Shown one piece after another: positions 49,784 to 60,296 of a stretch of DNA of 64,000 nt. The translations under genes and the position numbers were made by a program. Below the pieces are notes generated by a model, which ran no database searches, had not been told where the DNA came from, and saw only the letters and a list, made by a program, of their open reading frames with translations. Origin of the DNA: Candidatus Latescibacterota bacterium (GTDB taxonomy: Bacteria; Latescibacterota; UBA2968; GCA-2709665); contig OZ244744.1 of assembly GCA_965219455.1 (NCBI GenBank), positions 2,528,001-2,592,000 of the forward strand, written 5' to 3'. How positions within the stretch are numbered: position 1 is the stretch's first letter; each line of letters begins with the position of its first letter.

Positions 49784-50839
49784 CTACCAACCCTGCCGCC
49801 CCACGTAGAGGCCTCGATTCTTCATTGGCAAACGCACCCGCACGCCGCCCAGCCGATGGGACTCGATAAACCCCATCACCATTTCCTGGCTGCGTCGCGC
49901 CAGTTGAACCGGCCCCGCTGTCTCCCGACCCGTATCCAGGGTCTCGGCGATATCCCTCAGCCCGTTCACCGTGCCGCTCTGCATCGGGACCGTGGGAAAT
50001 GGCCGTTCTTCCAGCATTTGCCGCACCCCGCAGGCCTTCCGGAACTGACAGGTCATTCCGTTGTCGAACGTCCTCAACTTTCCCGACGAACCACAAAGCT
50101 CGAACTCCGCGCCGCTGCCCGCGGTCGTATATCCGTGAACGCCGTTTTGAAACCGAACGTAACCGCTGGCCACACCCGGATCCACGTTCAAACGGTTGTC
50201 GTCCCAATCCCGATCCTCACACACAATGGTGCCCTGCACGAAATCGATCTTGCAGTCTCCCGCCAGGAACAGCATCATGTCCGCACCGTGAGTCAGTCCC
50301 CACAACGCGGCCGTCACGCCCTGCTGCACGATAACGGCCTGTACCGCACCCAGATCGCCCGCATCGGCAAGCTCCCTCATTTTTCGGTAAACCGGGATAT
50401 ATCGCCGCTGGGTGCCGTAGTTGAACTTCACGCAATTCTTCTCAACCGCTGACACCATCGCATCCGCCTCTTGCATTGAACAGCAGAGCGGCTTTTCGCA
50501 ATAAATCCCCTTTACGCCATGTTCGGCCGCAAATACCGTCATCTCCGCGTGGGTCGCGGGGCGTGTGGCGATACACACGATGTCCGGTTTCTCTTTATCG
50601 ATCATCTCCCGATAGTCGGTGTAGCAGACCGGAACCCCGTACCGGTCCCGAATCGACTCCGCCTTCTCAGCCACCACGTCCGAAACCGCCACGAGTTCCG
50701 TCCGCTCACACGCCACGGCCGCCGCGGCATGAGAGTACGGAATCCAGAGATGAGAGTTTTGATGGTCCCGCACCTCGTCGTCGATCGTCGCCCCCATCCG
50801 CCCGCAACCTATCAACGCCGTCCGATATCGATCTGCCAT
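49784..50839 (-). CDS. Gfo/Idh/MocA oxidoreductase
   Basis: IGCGRMG, CEKP. Confidence 0.9.
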   Translation of the reverse strand: MADRYRTALIGCGRMGATIDDEVRDHQNSHLWIPYSHAAAAVACERTELVAVSDVVAEKAESIRDRYGVPVCYTDYREMIDKEKPDIVCIATRPATHAEMTVFAAEHGVKGIYCEKPLCCSMQEADAMVSAVEKNCVKFNYGTQRRYIPVYRKMRELADAGDLGAVQAVIVQQGVTAALWGLTHGADMMLFLAGDCKIDFVQGTIVCEDRDWDDNRLNVDPGVASGYVRFQNGVHGYTTAGSGAEFELCGSSGKLRTFDNGMTCQFRKACGVRQMLEERPFPTVPMQSGTVNGLRDIAETLDTGRETAGPVQLARRSQEMVMGFIESHRLGGVRVRLPMKNRGLYVGRQGW

Positions 50840-50864
50840 TTTCCGATCCTCGTGATGGTGGGTG

Positions 50865-52409
50865 TCACTCCACCGCGTTTGACCGCATTTCCGCCCGAAA
50901 GGGTCCGAACATGCCCTGACCCCATTGAATACCCGCGTGCTTTGCCGCCTTCTCCGCTCCTCCGGGACGGATCGGCGCCGAACCCAGAATCCGCCCGTCC
51001 TGCGCGATACTGATCGTTTCCGCGCCTATGGTAAACACCAGCGTCGTGGGTTCTCCCGTCCATGCGACGGGCACGGAAACGCTGCCGGGTTTTCGCACCC
51101 GGTAGACCCTGCGGTACTGGTTCCACACCTCGTCATCGTGCAGGAACGAGTGCCGCATGTCCCGCACCGGGCAACCCTTGGCGCTTACGGACAGATAAAG
51201 CGCATCTCCCATCGGCGCCAGGCCGGTCACGCGCTGCCCCCAATCGTTGATCACCAGGTCGGTACCATGTTCCTCGTTGTACGCGACCAGCCGATCCTCC
51301 CACGGATGCGTCATTTTGTCCGTAATCGACGGTTTTTCGAACATGCGTTTCACAAAATGCCACGCGTTTCCGTGGGCATCGTACCGCCACAACTCGGACC
51401 AGGGCCATACCCCCACGTAGAGGTTCCCTCCGTAAATCGCAGTTGTCTGCGCCTCGCGCGCACTGCCGGACACGCCCGGCATCACGGGCGGCCAGTCTTC
51501 CAGGTGGCGAAGCTCCTTGCCGTCGTACCTGAACAGGTTTCCCGTCGGGTACTGTGCGATCAGCAACTCGTCGTACCAGTTCAACATCGAATAGAGCTGA
51601 AAACTCACGCCCGCCAGCGACGCGCGCACGATCTTCCACCTGGATCCGTCAAATACGTATACACCGCCCATATTGGACGAATTCACGATCTCATCTCCGA
51701 GTTGTCCAATGGAGAACGGCGTCTCCTGCGGATATTTCAGGTCCAGCGTCACCGCCTTATCCAGGTCGACCGGTCCATCTCCCGGCTTCCACGGGACCGC
51801 GTACAGCGTGGTATACGGCGGGTCCGAATCGTGGTCTTTGTGGAAAAATGTAAGATAGCCCAGGGCGTAATAGAAATGGTGATAGTGTCCCGACGAGGGC
51901 TTTTCCAGGACCTGCTCACCGTCGTACCAGGCTTCGCCCCCCTTGAACTGAAAAACCTTCCCGGCAACCCGCATTTTTCCGTCGCCGGCCACGGTTTCAC
52001 CCACGCCGAAGCTCTCGTCCACCTGCCACGCGCCCGCCTCGTCGTCCCACCATCGTGCCGTCCGGTCCTGGTGATAGCTGCACGAGTACACCCGGCCATC
52101 CAGATCGAACAGATAACTCCCCCCATCCTCCGTGGACGGCGGCAGGGTCTCGAAACCCTCTTCTGCCTCGTCGTCGCGCAGGAAGAACTGCAACGTAAAC
52201 CGATCCATCCTGAACGCGGTGTTGTAGTCCCCCACAAAGCCCGCCCCCAGAACCACACGGCCCTCTTTGTCCCGGGCCTCAAACAGTGAACCCCAGTTCT
52301 GCCCGACGTCCTTCCCGAAATCAATCGTCGTTGTCATTCGCATTACGTGTGTCTCCTCGGCATGCCCTGGCAACGACCAGAGCAACAATACGCTAAGTAT
52401 CCAGTGCAT
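50865..52409 (-). CDS. Secreted hypothetical protein, probable beta-propeller
   Basis: Signal MHWILSVLLLWSLPGHA; GGVYVFDG, GNLFRYDG, ELWRYD repeats; start could be 52529. Confidence 0.7.
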   Translation of the reverse strand: MHWILSVLLLWSLPGHAEETHVMRMTTTIDFGKDVGQNWGSLFEARDKEGRVVLGAGFVGDYNTAFRMDRFTLQFFLRDDEAEEGFETLPPSTEDGGSYLFDLDGRVYSCSYHQDRTARWWDDEAGAWQVDESFGVGETVAGDGKMRVAGKVFQFKGGEAWYDGEQVLEKPSSGHYHHFYYALGYLTFFHKDHDSDPPYTTLYAVPWKPGDGPVDLDKAVTLDLKYPQETPFSIGQLGDEIVNSSNMGGVYVFDGSRWKIVRASLAGVSFQLYSMLNWYDELLIAQYPTGNLFRYDGKELRHLEDWPPVMPGVSGSAREAQTTAIYGGNLYVGVWPWSELWRYDAHGNAWHFVKRMFEKPSITDKMTHPWEDRLVAYNEEHGTDLVINDWGQRVTGLAPMGDALYLSVSAKGCPVRDMRHSFLHDDEVWNQYRRVYRVRKPGSVSVPVAWTGEPTTLVFTIGAETISIAQDGRILGSAPIRPGGAEKAAKHAGIQWGQGMFGPFRAEMRSNAVE

Positions 52410-52525
52410 CGCCAGCCAACACTCCGGTCTTGTCTTTCGGCAGCGCAATTCATTGACGAACGTGCTTCCCATCTGCCCCTCGCCGGATCGCAACCCTTGG
52501 TCCCGCCGGGTGACGACTGGCGCCG

Positions 52526-53488
52526 TCAAAACGCCAGAACCACCTTAACCGCACGTTCCGTTTCGGGATGTTCGAATGCCAGATCGAACGCGTCCTGAAT
52601 TTTCTCAAACGGCATCAGGTGCGTCAGAATCGGCCGCACGTCCAGCCGGCCCTGCCTGATCCAGTCCAGCGCGATCGTATAGTCCGTGCCCGGATTCGGC
52701 CCTACCGACGTCACGATCTGCAATTCCTTCCTGAACATATCCATAAACGAGAGCGTCATCCGCCCCTCCGCATTCTCCTTGTTCGGCACGCCGAAGTATA
52801 CCAGCGTGCCGTCCCGGCGCAACAGATCGCCGCACAGGTTGAACGTCGCCTCCCTGCCCACTGCCTCCACCGCAAGGTCCACCATCTCCCCGCCGGTAAT
52901 CTCCGACACCGCCTCCGCCAGGTCGCACGTGTCCGGATTGATCGTGTGGGTCGCGCCCATCTTCGGCGACACCTCCAGCCGGTGGGGAAGCGGATCCACC
53001 CCGATAATATCCCTCGCGCCCAGGTTTCGTAACGTCGCGTTGAACAGTTGTCCCACCGGACCCTGCCCCATCACCAGCGCTCTACGGTTGATGACGTTGC
53101 CCAGCTTGTAGAAACAGTGAATCACCGTCCCCAGCAACTGGCTCATCAGCGCCACCTCCGGCTCCAGGTCTATCGGCAGTTTCACGCATTCCGCGGGATC
53201 GGCCAGCACGTATTCCTGGAACAGGCCCCGGTCGAACCCCCAGAGCAGCACCCGGTCACCGGCGTTGAAGGCGCCTGAAGAACACGCCTCTACAATGCCG
53301 AGACCTTCATGTCCCGTCTGCCCAAACCCCATCGGATACGAAGCGCCGACTCCATAGAACGCCGGTCTGTCCGTCCCGCAAATCCCCACCCGCTCCAACC
53401 GCACCAGCATCATTTCCTCTGTCGCCCGGGGTGCTTCCACCTCGGCCAGTTCCCACCGCCGCGGCGCAACCAATCTAGCCGCTCTCAT
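52526..53488 (-). CDS. Zinc-binding dehydrogenase (MDR family)
   Basis: GICGTD, GHE, GQGPVG; lacks the structural-zinc cysteine lobe. Confidence 0.88.
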   Translation of the reverse strand: MRAARLVAPRRWELAEVEAPRATEEMMLVRLERVGICGTDRPAFYGVGASYPMGFGQTGHEGLGIVEACSSGAFNAGDRVLLWGFDRGLFQEYVLADPAECVKLPIDLEPEVALMSQLLGTVIHCFYKLGNVINRRALVMGQGPVGQLFNATLRNLGARDIIGVDPLPHRLEVSPKMGATHTINPDTCDLAEAVSEITGGEMVDLAVEAVGREATFNLCGDLLRRDGTLVYFGVPNKENAEGRMTLSFMDMFRKELQIVTSVGPNPGTDYTIALDWIRQGRLDVRPILTHLMPFEKIQDAFDLAFEHPETERAVKVVLAF

Positions 53489-53598
53489 CTATCCACGCCT
53501 CTCTCCGAATGAAACCCAAATCAGAAGCCTTCTCTAACGCACGGGAAGGCAATCTTCCGTCCGGATCGACTGAGGCTGCTTCTCCATCTGTTCTACAT

Positions 53599-54855
53599 CT
53601 ACTCCCATACCGGCCAATCCTGGGCCTGCAGCCGCTTCCACAATCCGTCGAACGCCTCGCTGCCGTCGTCCTCCCACTCGTCCAGCCGCACGCCGGGCGC
53701 AAAGGACTCGTCCACGCCCTGTTTCATCAGCCGTTCCGCCTGTTGCAGATTCCGATAATAATGCTTGACGCCCCCGGGAAGCGTCACCACCGACAGATGC
53801 CTGGGCCATACCGCGGCCGGGGTCTCGCTGTACCTCGCCACGGCCCCTTCATCCAGGATCACTCCCAGGCCGGGCGCCTCCGGGACCTTCATAAAGCCCC
53901 GCTGAATCGGATGCGCGTCCTCGATCAGATCGTCTTCGTAGGCGTGGGCCGCCGTCACCCCCGGCAACGTCGCCGTCGGCATGACAGCGCCCAGTTGAAG
54001 CGCGAACGCCGTCGTAATCCCCGTTCCCACGTATTGCAGCAGGATCGGCGTATTGGCCGCGGCGAACGTCCAGCCCGCCGCCAGCGCATCCCGGACGCAC
54101 TCGTGGCTGCATAGCGCGCCTTCAAAGTCGCCGGCCCGAAGCCCCGTCCATGGCCCGGACGGCTGCCGGGAGGCCGCCTCGGACAGCACGCGCACGCCGT
54201 GCAGATAGAATGGTATGCGGATCTCCCGGTGCAGCCTGCGCCACCCTTCAATATCGTACGCGAAGATCGGTTCTTCCACGCCCTTGACAACGGAAATTTT
54301 CTCCAGCGCCCGTAGCACGGGCAGCGCTTTTTCCACGCAGATCAGTGCGCCGTTGAAGTCGAATTCCACGCGGAAATCCGGCGGCGCCACCTCCTGAATC
54401 GCCCGGGCGCATTCCACCACGTCGCAAAATGCGCGCGCCTTGCACTTCAGCCCACGGTACCCGCGACCCGCCGCCACCCGGACTTCCGCCGCCGTATCCT
54501 CCGGCGACATGCTGGGCATCCACCACCCCATCGAAACCCACTGACGCGCCTGCTGACCCATCACCTTCCACGCGGGCAGACCCAGGTGCTTTCCCATGAG
54601 ATCGTAGCACGCCATATCCAGGTTGAAACGCCCCCGACCCATCACGTGGTCGAAGGGATCCGTCCCCATGTAAGCATCCAGCGCCTCCCGTTCCAACGGC
54701 GGCCCCACATTTTCACCCAGCCCCGCAAGTCCCGTATCCGTGTGAAATTTGTAAACCGTCACCTCCTCCGGCATCGCGAAGTGATGGTATGCCTTCCGAA
54801 TTCGGGCTTCATAGGGAACTCGAAGCGGAATCACCTCAATGTCCGTGATCTTCAT
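53599..54855 (-). CDS. Mandelate racemase/muconate lactonising enzyme family
   Basis: MKITDIEVI, TDTGLAGLGE, KCK, DFNG, EEP, PGLGV. Confidence 0.88.
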   Translation of the reverse strand: MKITDIEVIPLRVPYEARIRKAYHHFAMPEEVTVYKFHTDTGLAGLGENVGPPLEREALDAYMGTDPFDHVMGRGRFNLDMACYDLMGKHLGLPAWKVMGQQARQWVSMGWWMPSMSPEDTAAEVRVAAGRGYRGLKCKARAFCDVVECARAIQEVAPPDFRVEFDFNGALICVEKALPVLRALEKISVVKGVEEPIFAYDIEGWRRLHREIRIPFYLHGVRVLSEAASRQPSGPWTGLRAGDFEGALCSHECVRDALAAGWTFAAANTPILLQYVGTGITTAFALQLGAVMPTATLPGVTAAHAYEDDLIEDAHPIQRGFMKVPEAPGLGVILDEGAVARYSETPAAVWPRHLSVVTLPGGVKHYYRNLQQAERLMKQGVDESFAPGVRLDEWEDDGSEAFDGLWKRLQAQDWPVWE

Positions 54856-55242
54856 TGCGAAATTCCTAACCTCTAACGGCCGGTTAAAGGACCATTCGGA
54901 TACGACGTCCTACAACGCTTGAATTCCGCCATTTCCGATGGTATATATAAAAAACAGGAGAGACGTAAGACGTGAGACGGAAGAGGGCCACCCCTCACCC
55001 GGTTGGATTTTCCTCTGACTCTCTTTTCACGTTTTCCTTCTCACTGCCTTTTTGATTCAGCGAGAGGCAAGATGCGGTACGTCTACCCATCTCCCAACGT
55101 AAATCGTAACATCTCTCGTGTTCCCCGGGTTGAATCATCCTTGGCTTCCTTTTAGCGAGGGATTCGCGGAGGGTATTTAACGTCCCAGAGTTGCCAACCC
55201 GTCTTACGTCTCCCCTCTTACCGCCTTTAGAAAGGTGTTCCC

Positions 55243-56181
55243 ATGCCTCATCGCCTCGTCTACATCAACGGCAGCTACGTTTCCGAAAGAGACGCCCGAA
55301 TCTCCATCTTCGACTCGGCTCTGATGTTCGGGGACATGGTATTTGAAATGACCCGTTCTTTCAAGCAAAAACCCTACCGCCTGCGCAACCACCTTGACCG
55401 GCTTTACGCGTCCATGAAATACGCCGAAATCGACTGCGGACTGAGCATTGAAGAGATGGAAGCCGCCACCGGGGAGACCATACAACGGAATCTGCCGTCA
55501 CTGGAAGGCCTGGACTACCAGATCATGCACAACGTCACCCGGGGCGCCCTTCCCCTGTACGACACGCTGGTCCGGGAAGGCCTGCGTCCGATCGTCACCA
55601 TCAACGTCATCCCGCTCGTGCGCCACGTCGGCGGCATGGCTCACTATTACGAACAGGGTGCTCATTTTGTCGTCACGCCCCAGCAATCCGTACCCGCCCG
55701 CTACATTGATCCCAAAGCGAAAAACCGGAGCCGGATCTACTACCAGCTCGCCAATCTGCAGGCGCAACGCATGGAGAAAGGCGCCAACGCACTGCTCACC
55801 GACGAGCATGGATTCATCACCGAAGGCACAGGTAACAACGTCTTTATCGTTCTCAATGGCGAAATCCTCACCCCCAAACCCCACGATATCCTGCGCGGCG
55901 TCTCCCGACGGGCCTGCATGGAACTTGCCGAAAAGCTGAACATCCCTGTCCGTGAAGCCAACATCGAACCCTACGACGTGCGCGAAGCCGAAGAAGCGTG
56001 GTACACGTCGACCACCATCTGCATGATTCCCATCACCCGCTTCAACTTTCAGCCGGTAGGCGCCGGCCGTCCCGGTCCGGTGTATCGACGGCTGATCGAA
56101 GCCTGGTCGGAGGAGGTCGGCCTGGACGTCGCCGCACAGGCGCGGGAATACGCGGAACGCGCGAAATCCTGGACTCCCTGA
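55243..56181 (+). CDS. Class IV aminotransferase
   Basis: ISIFD..FGDMVFE, ITEGTGNN, ILRGVSR. Confidence 0.9.
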   Translation: MPHRLVYINGSYVSERDARISIFDSALMFGDMVFEMTRSFKQKPYRLRNHLDRLYASMKYAEIDCGLSIEEMEAATGETIQRNLPSLEGLDYQIMHNVTRGALPLYDTLVREGLRPIVTINVIPLVRHVGGMAHYYEQGAHFVVTPQQSVPARYIDPKAKNRSRIYYQLANLQAQRMEKGANALLTDEHGFITEGTGNNVFIVLNGEILTPKPHDILRGVSRRACMELAEKLNIPVREANIEPYDVREAEEAWYTSTTICMIPITRFNFQPVGAGRPGPVYRRLIEAWSEEVGLDVAAQAREYAERAKSWTP

Positions 56182-56256
56182 TCCCCCGGCGTTTGAACCG
56201 TACGGCGCCGATCCTCGCGGGCCCTTCGTCCAAATCCATCACACGGAGCCACACCA

Positions 56257-57240
56257 ATGCCTTCCTACCGCGCGGCCCTGATCGGTTGCGGCAACATCTC
56301 CGGCCGGCATGCAAGGGCATACCTGGAACAGGGCAACGTCCAGCTTGCTGCCGCCTGCGACGTCAACCCGGAAAACCTCAATAGAACCTGCGACCAATTC
56401 GACATCTCGGGTCGATACGCGTCCCACCAGGACCTCTTCAGGCACGAGCGCGAAATCGATCTCGTCAGCGTATGCACCTACCCGAAGGTCCACGCCGAAC
56501 AGACAATCGCCGCCGCGGCTGCCGGCGCAAAGGCCGTACTTTGCGAAAAACCCATGTGCCTGAGCCTGGACGAAGCCGACGGCATGATCCACGCCTGCCG
56601 GCAGAATAATACGCGGCTGGTCATTGCCCATCGCCACCGCCAGAGCCCCAACTTCAATAAAGCGCGCCGTCTGATCGCGGAGGGCGCCGTTGGAAAACCC
56701 CGCCTCGTCTGGTGTTATCTCACCAGTTGCCTTGTGGACAACGGTACCCACATTGTCGACATGATGCGCTACCTTCTGGGCGACCCGGAGGCGGACTGGG
56801 TGATGGGCCAGGCGTCCCGGAAACGCGGCACCCTGTATCAGGGTTCGCCCGCCGAAGAATCGAGCATGGGGCTTGTCGCCTTCAAGACCGGGACCCGCGC
56901 CCTTGTCGAAATGGGCGAAAAGACACCAAAAGACGGGTTCCGCTTTCGCGTTCTGGGCAGGGACGCAACGATAGACGCCGCCCTGGACGAAGTGATCCTC
57001 ACGGATAAAAACGGCATCACAAGCTTTCGCGAGGAACCCAAACCCGGCTTCTTTGAACAAACACGTGAAATGATCGCCTGGATGGAAGGCGGACCCGAGC
57101 ACCGGAGTTCAGGCGAAAAAGGCCGCGCCGCAACCGAACTCCTGATGGCCATGCACGAATCCGCCCGTATTCGCGAGCTTATCGAACTGCCCCTCAACAT
57201 CGGTTATGATCCGATGAAAAAGCGGGCGGAGGAAAATTAA
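56257..57240 (+). CDS. Gfo/Idh/MocA oxidoreductase
   Basis: IGCGNIS, CEKP, GTHIVD. Confidence 0.9.
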   Translation: MPSYRAALIGCGNISGRHARAYLEQGNVQLAAACDVNPENLNRTCDQFDISGRYASHQDLFRHEREIDLVSVCTYPKVHAEQTIAAAAAGAKAVLCEKPMCLSLDEADGMIHACRQNNTRLVIAHRHRQSPNFNKARRLIAEGAVGKPRLVWCYLTSCLVDNGTHIVDMMRYLLGDPEADWVMGQASRKRGTLYQGSPAEESSMGLVAFKTGTRALVEMGEKTPKDGFRFRVLGRDATIDAALDEVILTDKNGITSFREEPKPGFFEQTREMIAWMEGGPEHRSSGEKGRAATELLMAMHESARIRELIELPLNIGYDPMKKRAEEN

Positions 57241-57444
57241 GCAATCAGCAGGCAGCTTTCAGCCGTCAGCTTGAAGCAAAACCAAATTCAACATCTACCC
57301 GAATTCCCCGCCGCCACCGGGCATCGTTACGGCCTGGCGAGGGCAACCACAAGGGTTGCCCCTACGAATGCAGACCCCGGCGCGGTGTTCTCGCCCCGGG
57401 GTCTGATCCGTTCCGCATGGAGGGCCTGAACCCGGCCCAGGCTC

Positions 57445-59199
57445 TCAACGCCTGGACGGCGTGCCCTTAGGGGTCGCCCCGGTGTAAAGCCCACCCTGAC
57501 TCCGGTCGTAAACGACCTCGATGCTTCCGTTCTCGGATACCAGCCGCGGCACGTTGCTGCCCTTCTCGTCGCGGTCCGGCCCCCGCATCACCGCCAGCTG
57601 TGCCTCACCCATCCCCTCCAGAAGATCTCCCCATCGCTCCTCCGGGGTCGCCATTGCCGCCCCCCCGTTGAAGTGCCGAGAGGAGTACCGCGTGAGAATG
57701 ACGCGGCGCGGGACGTCGCTCTTCCACGCCAATGCGCCGTGGGCCTGCGGGCCGTCCATAAAAAAGATGACGTCCCCGGCCTTTGTCAGTGGATGAATGA
57801 CAAGCCCCATGTCCTCGTCGCAGGTCCACACGCCCCTGGGGATGCCGTACTGCGCCTTGTGGCTTCCCGGCACGCAGGCAAACCCCCCGTCGTTTTCGGT
57901 GACGTCCCGCAATTGCCAGGCCACCGCAACGGATGGGCCCCCCAGCGCATAGCTGCGGCCATTCTGGAAGGTATAGTTGCGAGACGGACTCAACGGCTCG
58001 TTGCCGCCATGAAGAAAATGTCCGGCGCCTCCCCTGCCCGTACAGATCGCCTCAAAGCCCGTACACCGGAAGCCCTTCCCGCCCATCCAGGTGAGGCGGT
58101 GTACCACTGCCGGGTGGGCGAGCATCTTCCGGAACGGTTCACAGTAGGGCCTGGGCATTTCATGCAGGCCCGTCATGGTGGGCCGCCCGGTTCCGGCCAG
58201 GCTCGTTGACCCCTTGGCCAGATCTACGCTTTCAACCACGATGCGGTCCGTAAACCGGTCGATCGCCTCGTTCGCCAGCGCCAGGTCTTCCGGAGTCATC
58301 ACGTTTCGGAGGACGAGATGACCGCACAGGTCCCAGAAATAGAACTCCTTCTCGTCGATGTTCGAATCCGGATTCCTGATATAGATGGAAGGGTGGGACA
58401 GGTCGGGTTCCGGGTCCACCCGACAGGTCTCTCCATCCGAGCTGAGCGTGGGAGGCGGGTCCGTATCCCCGTATCCCGGCTTGTGCAGCATAACACGCTG
58501 CTCCGGCGTCAATTCCGCCATCCATTCCGGCTGGTCCTCCCGTCGGGTCTTCGGTCCGGTGCCAGTGGATTGCACCGCCGCGTGCCCCGCGTATTTGTAC
58601 GTGAGCAGCCGCTGCGCGTGCTCCCCTGTTCCGGGACGTACGCCCTGAAGCAGGGTCGCCGCGCACAGCAGCAGGTCGCCCGCCTTCAGCACCGGCTGCA
58701 CGGTCAGTCCCAGGTCGTCCCTCCCGTTCAGCACGTCTTCGGGGGTTCCCACGTTGCTTTTGTGGCTGCACGGGATCAGCGAAAACCCGCCGTCTCCCGC
58801 GCTCGTGTCGGACAACGCCCAGATGGCGTGTAATCCCTGGCAATGCCGGCGGCCGTTGAGGATGTAGTAGGCCCGCCCGGCGTCCATCGGTTCATTGCCG
58901 CCAACGAGGCCGCCGTCAGTCCCATCGGCTTTGCCGATCAGCTCCGGTTCCCGGTCCAGCCGGAAACCATATCCGATGAGCTGGTTCAGGTACCCAACCA
59001 GCACGGGATGGACCATCAGGTCCCGGAACGGCTCCCTATGTGGCGCGGGCCATCCCAGCATCCCACTCACGCGGTCCTCGCGCTCGAGCGCCCGATTGCA
59101 GGCCTCGACCTCTTTGGGAGTCAAAACGCCCCGTAAGATCAGGTAGCCCGAAATATCGAAACAGTAGTTCTCCTCGTGGCTCATCTCCTCCCGGTCCAT
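57445..59199 (-). CDS. Tandem-domain PhyH-family dioxygenase
   Basis: FDISGYLIL..PCSHKSN; FWDLCGHLVL..FLHGG..VPGSHKA..AHG; RBS aggagg. Confidence 0.9.
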   Translation of the reverse strand: MDREEMSHEENYCFDISGYLILRGVLTPKEVEACNRALEREDRVSGMLGWPAPHREPFRDLMVHPVLVGYLNQLIGYGFRLDREPELIGKADGTDGGLVGGNEPMDAGRAYYILNGRRHCQGLHAIWALSDTSAGDGGFSLIPCSHKSNVGTPEDVLNGRDDLGLTVQPVLKAGDLLLCAATLLQGVRPGTGEHAQRLLTYKYAGHAAVQSTGTGPKTRREDQPEWMAELTPEQRVMLHKPGYGDTDPPPTLSSDGETCRVDPEPDLSHPSIYIRNPDSNIDEKEFYFWDLCGHLVLRNVMTPEDLALANEAIDRFTDRIVVESVDLAKGSTSLAGTGRPTMTGLHEMPRPYCEPFRKMLAHPAVVHRLTWMGGKGFRCTGFEAICTGRGGAGHFLHGGNEPLSPSRNYTFQNGRSYALGGPSVAVAWQLRDVTENDGGFACVPGSHKAQYGIPRGVWTCDEDMGLVIHPLTKAGDVIFFMDGPQAHGALAWKSDVPRRVILTRYSSRHFNGGAAMATPEERWGDLLEGMGEAQLAVMRGPDRDEKGSNVPRLVSENGSIEVVYDRSQGGLYTGATPKGTPSRR

Positions 59200-59499
59200 T
59201 TCTTACCTCCTCTATGTTGTACAATCGCCAGAAAACGACGCAAACTGCAGGTGTCATGGTACTGTTGGAAATCCAAAGGTGTCAACAGAAAAATGGACGC
59301 GCCTCGCGTGAGCGCTCGCTTTACACCCGGTGGAACGTCGCTGCGTCGCCCCCGCATCGACCCCGGGCGCGACCGTTCCGGTTATCGACACTTCTCACCT
59401 CAACGGTCACGTGGCAGCCTGCAGGGGTCGCCACGAAAAGTGTTATCTATGTGCCCGAACAGATGTTACCCTACGTAGCGGTCAGGGGTCAGCCAAAGG

Positions 59500-59775
59500 C
59501 AATAGGGGAAAGTCAAAATCAAAATCCACCTTTCCACAAATTCCCTGCCTACGGCGTGTTCCTTTTGACGCGACCAAAAGGAACCAAAAGTCGCCGCTGG
59601 GCGCGGGGCCTGTTTTATGCATGGCGCGAATTACTTCACGGGACCCACCCAATCCGCTGCCCTGCCAACCACGGAGGAAATCGTAATTTGGAGCGGGACG
59701 GAAAAACGCGCCCTGCTCTGGTAGTCCTCTCAAGAGGCATCGTGTTAGAGAACGGTGTGGTTTCCTGGGGGTGAG
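59500..59775 (+). repeat. Repeat family A, copy 2
   Basis: Collinear with 3565-3835; short partial copy at 57278-57315. Confidence 0.8.
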
Positions 59776-59884
59776 GAGCGATCAGCGGTCAGCATTTGGC
59801 AGATAACTATCGGCATACAGCAAAGAGCGGTACAAGCGCCATTCCGCTCGCCAGAACTTCAAGGAATAACTAATGACCGGACGG

Positions 59885-60187
59885 AGGTGGAGCGGGGGGT
59901 TTGTTCGCGGCAATAAGCGCGCCGCTCACCAGCAGCCTCGGACGCCAGAACCAGGCGTCCCCTGCTGTTCCGATGAATCGCCGGAACAACAGGTCACCCG
60001 CTGCGCGGGCGGAGGCAGGTTCTCCGTGTTAGTCCGTCCATTACCGTTGTATGGGTACGCCTCGGGTGCTCATAGGCCACCCGATTTCCAATTCCACTAC
60101 TGAGGAAATTCACGGAAAAACCGGCCCCGCGCCGAGCGGCGCCGTTCTTTTTGGCCCTTTTTCTTTGGCGAGAAAGAAAAAGGGCGT
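59885..60187 (-). repeat. Repeat family B, inverted full copy
   Basis: Reverse complement collinear with 27170-27510. Confidence 0.85.
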
Positions 60188-60296
60188 AAGAATAGAAAAA
60201 TTAAAGATTTAGTTCCACATTAACCCATCAACCGGCCTCACTACATTCTTCTTACCTCTTCCTTCGTCCCGCTAACCGATTTAAAAAGGAGTTACC

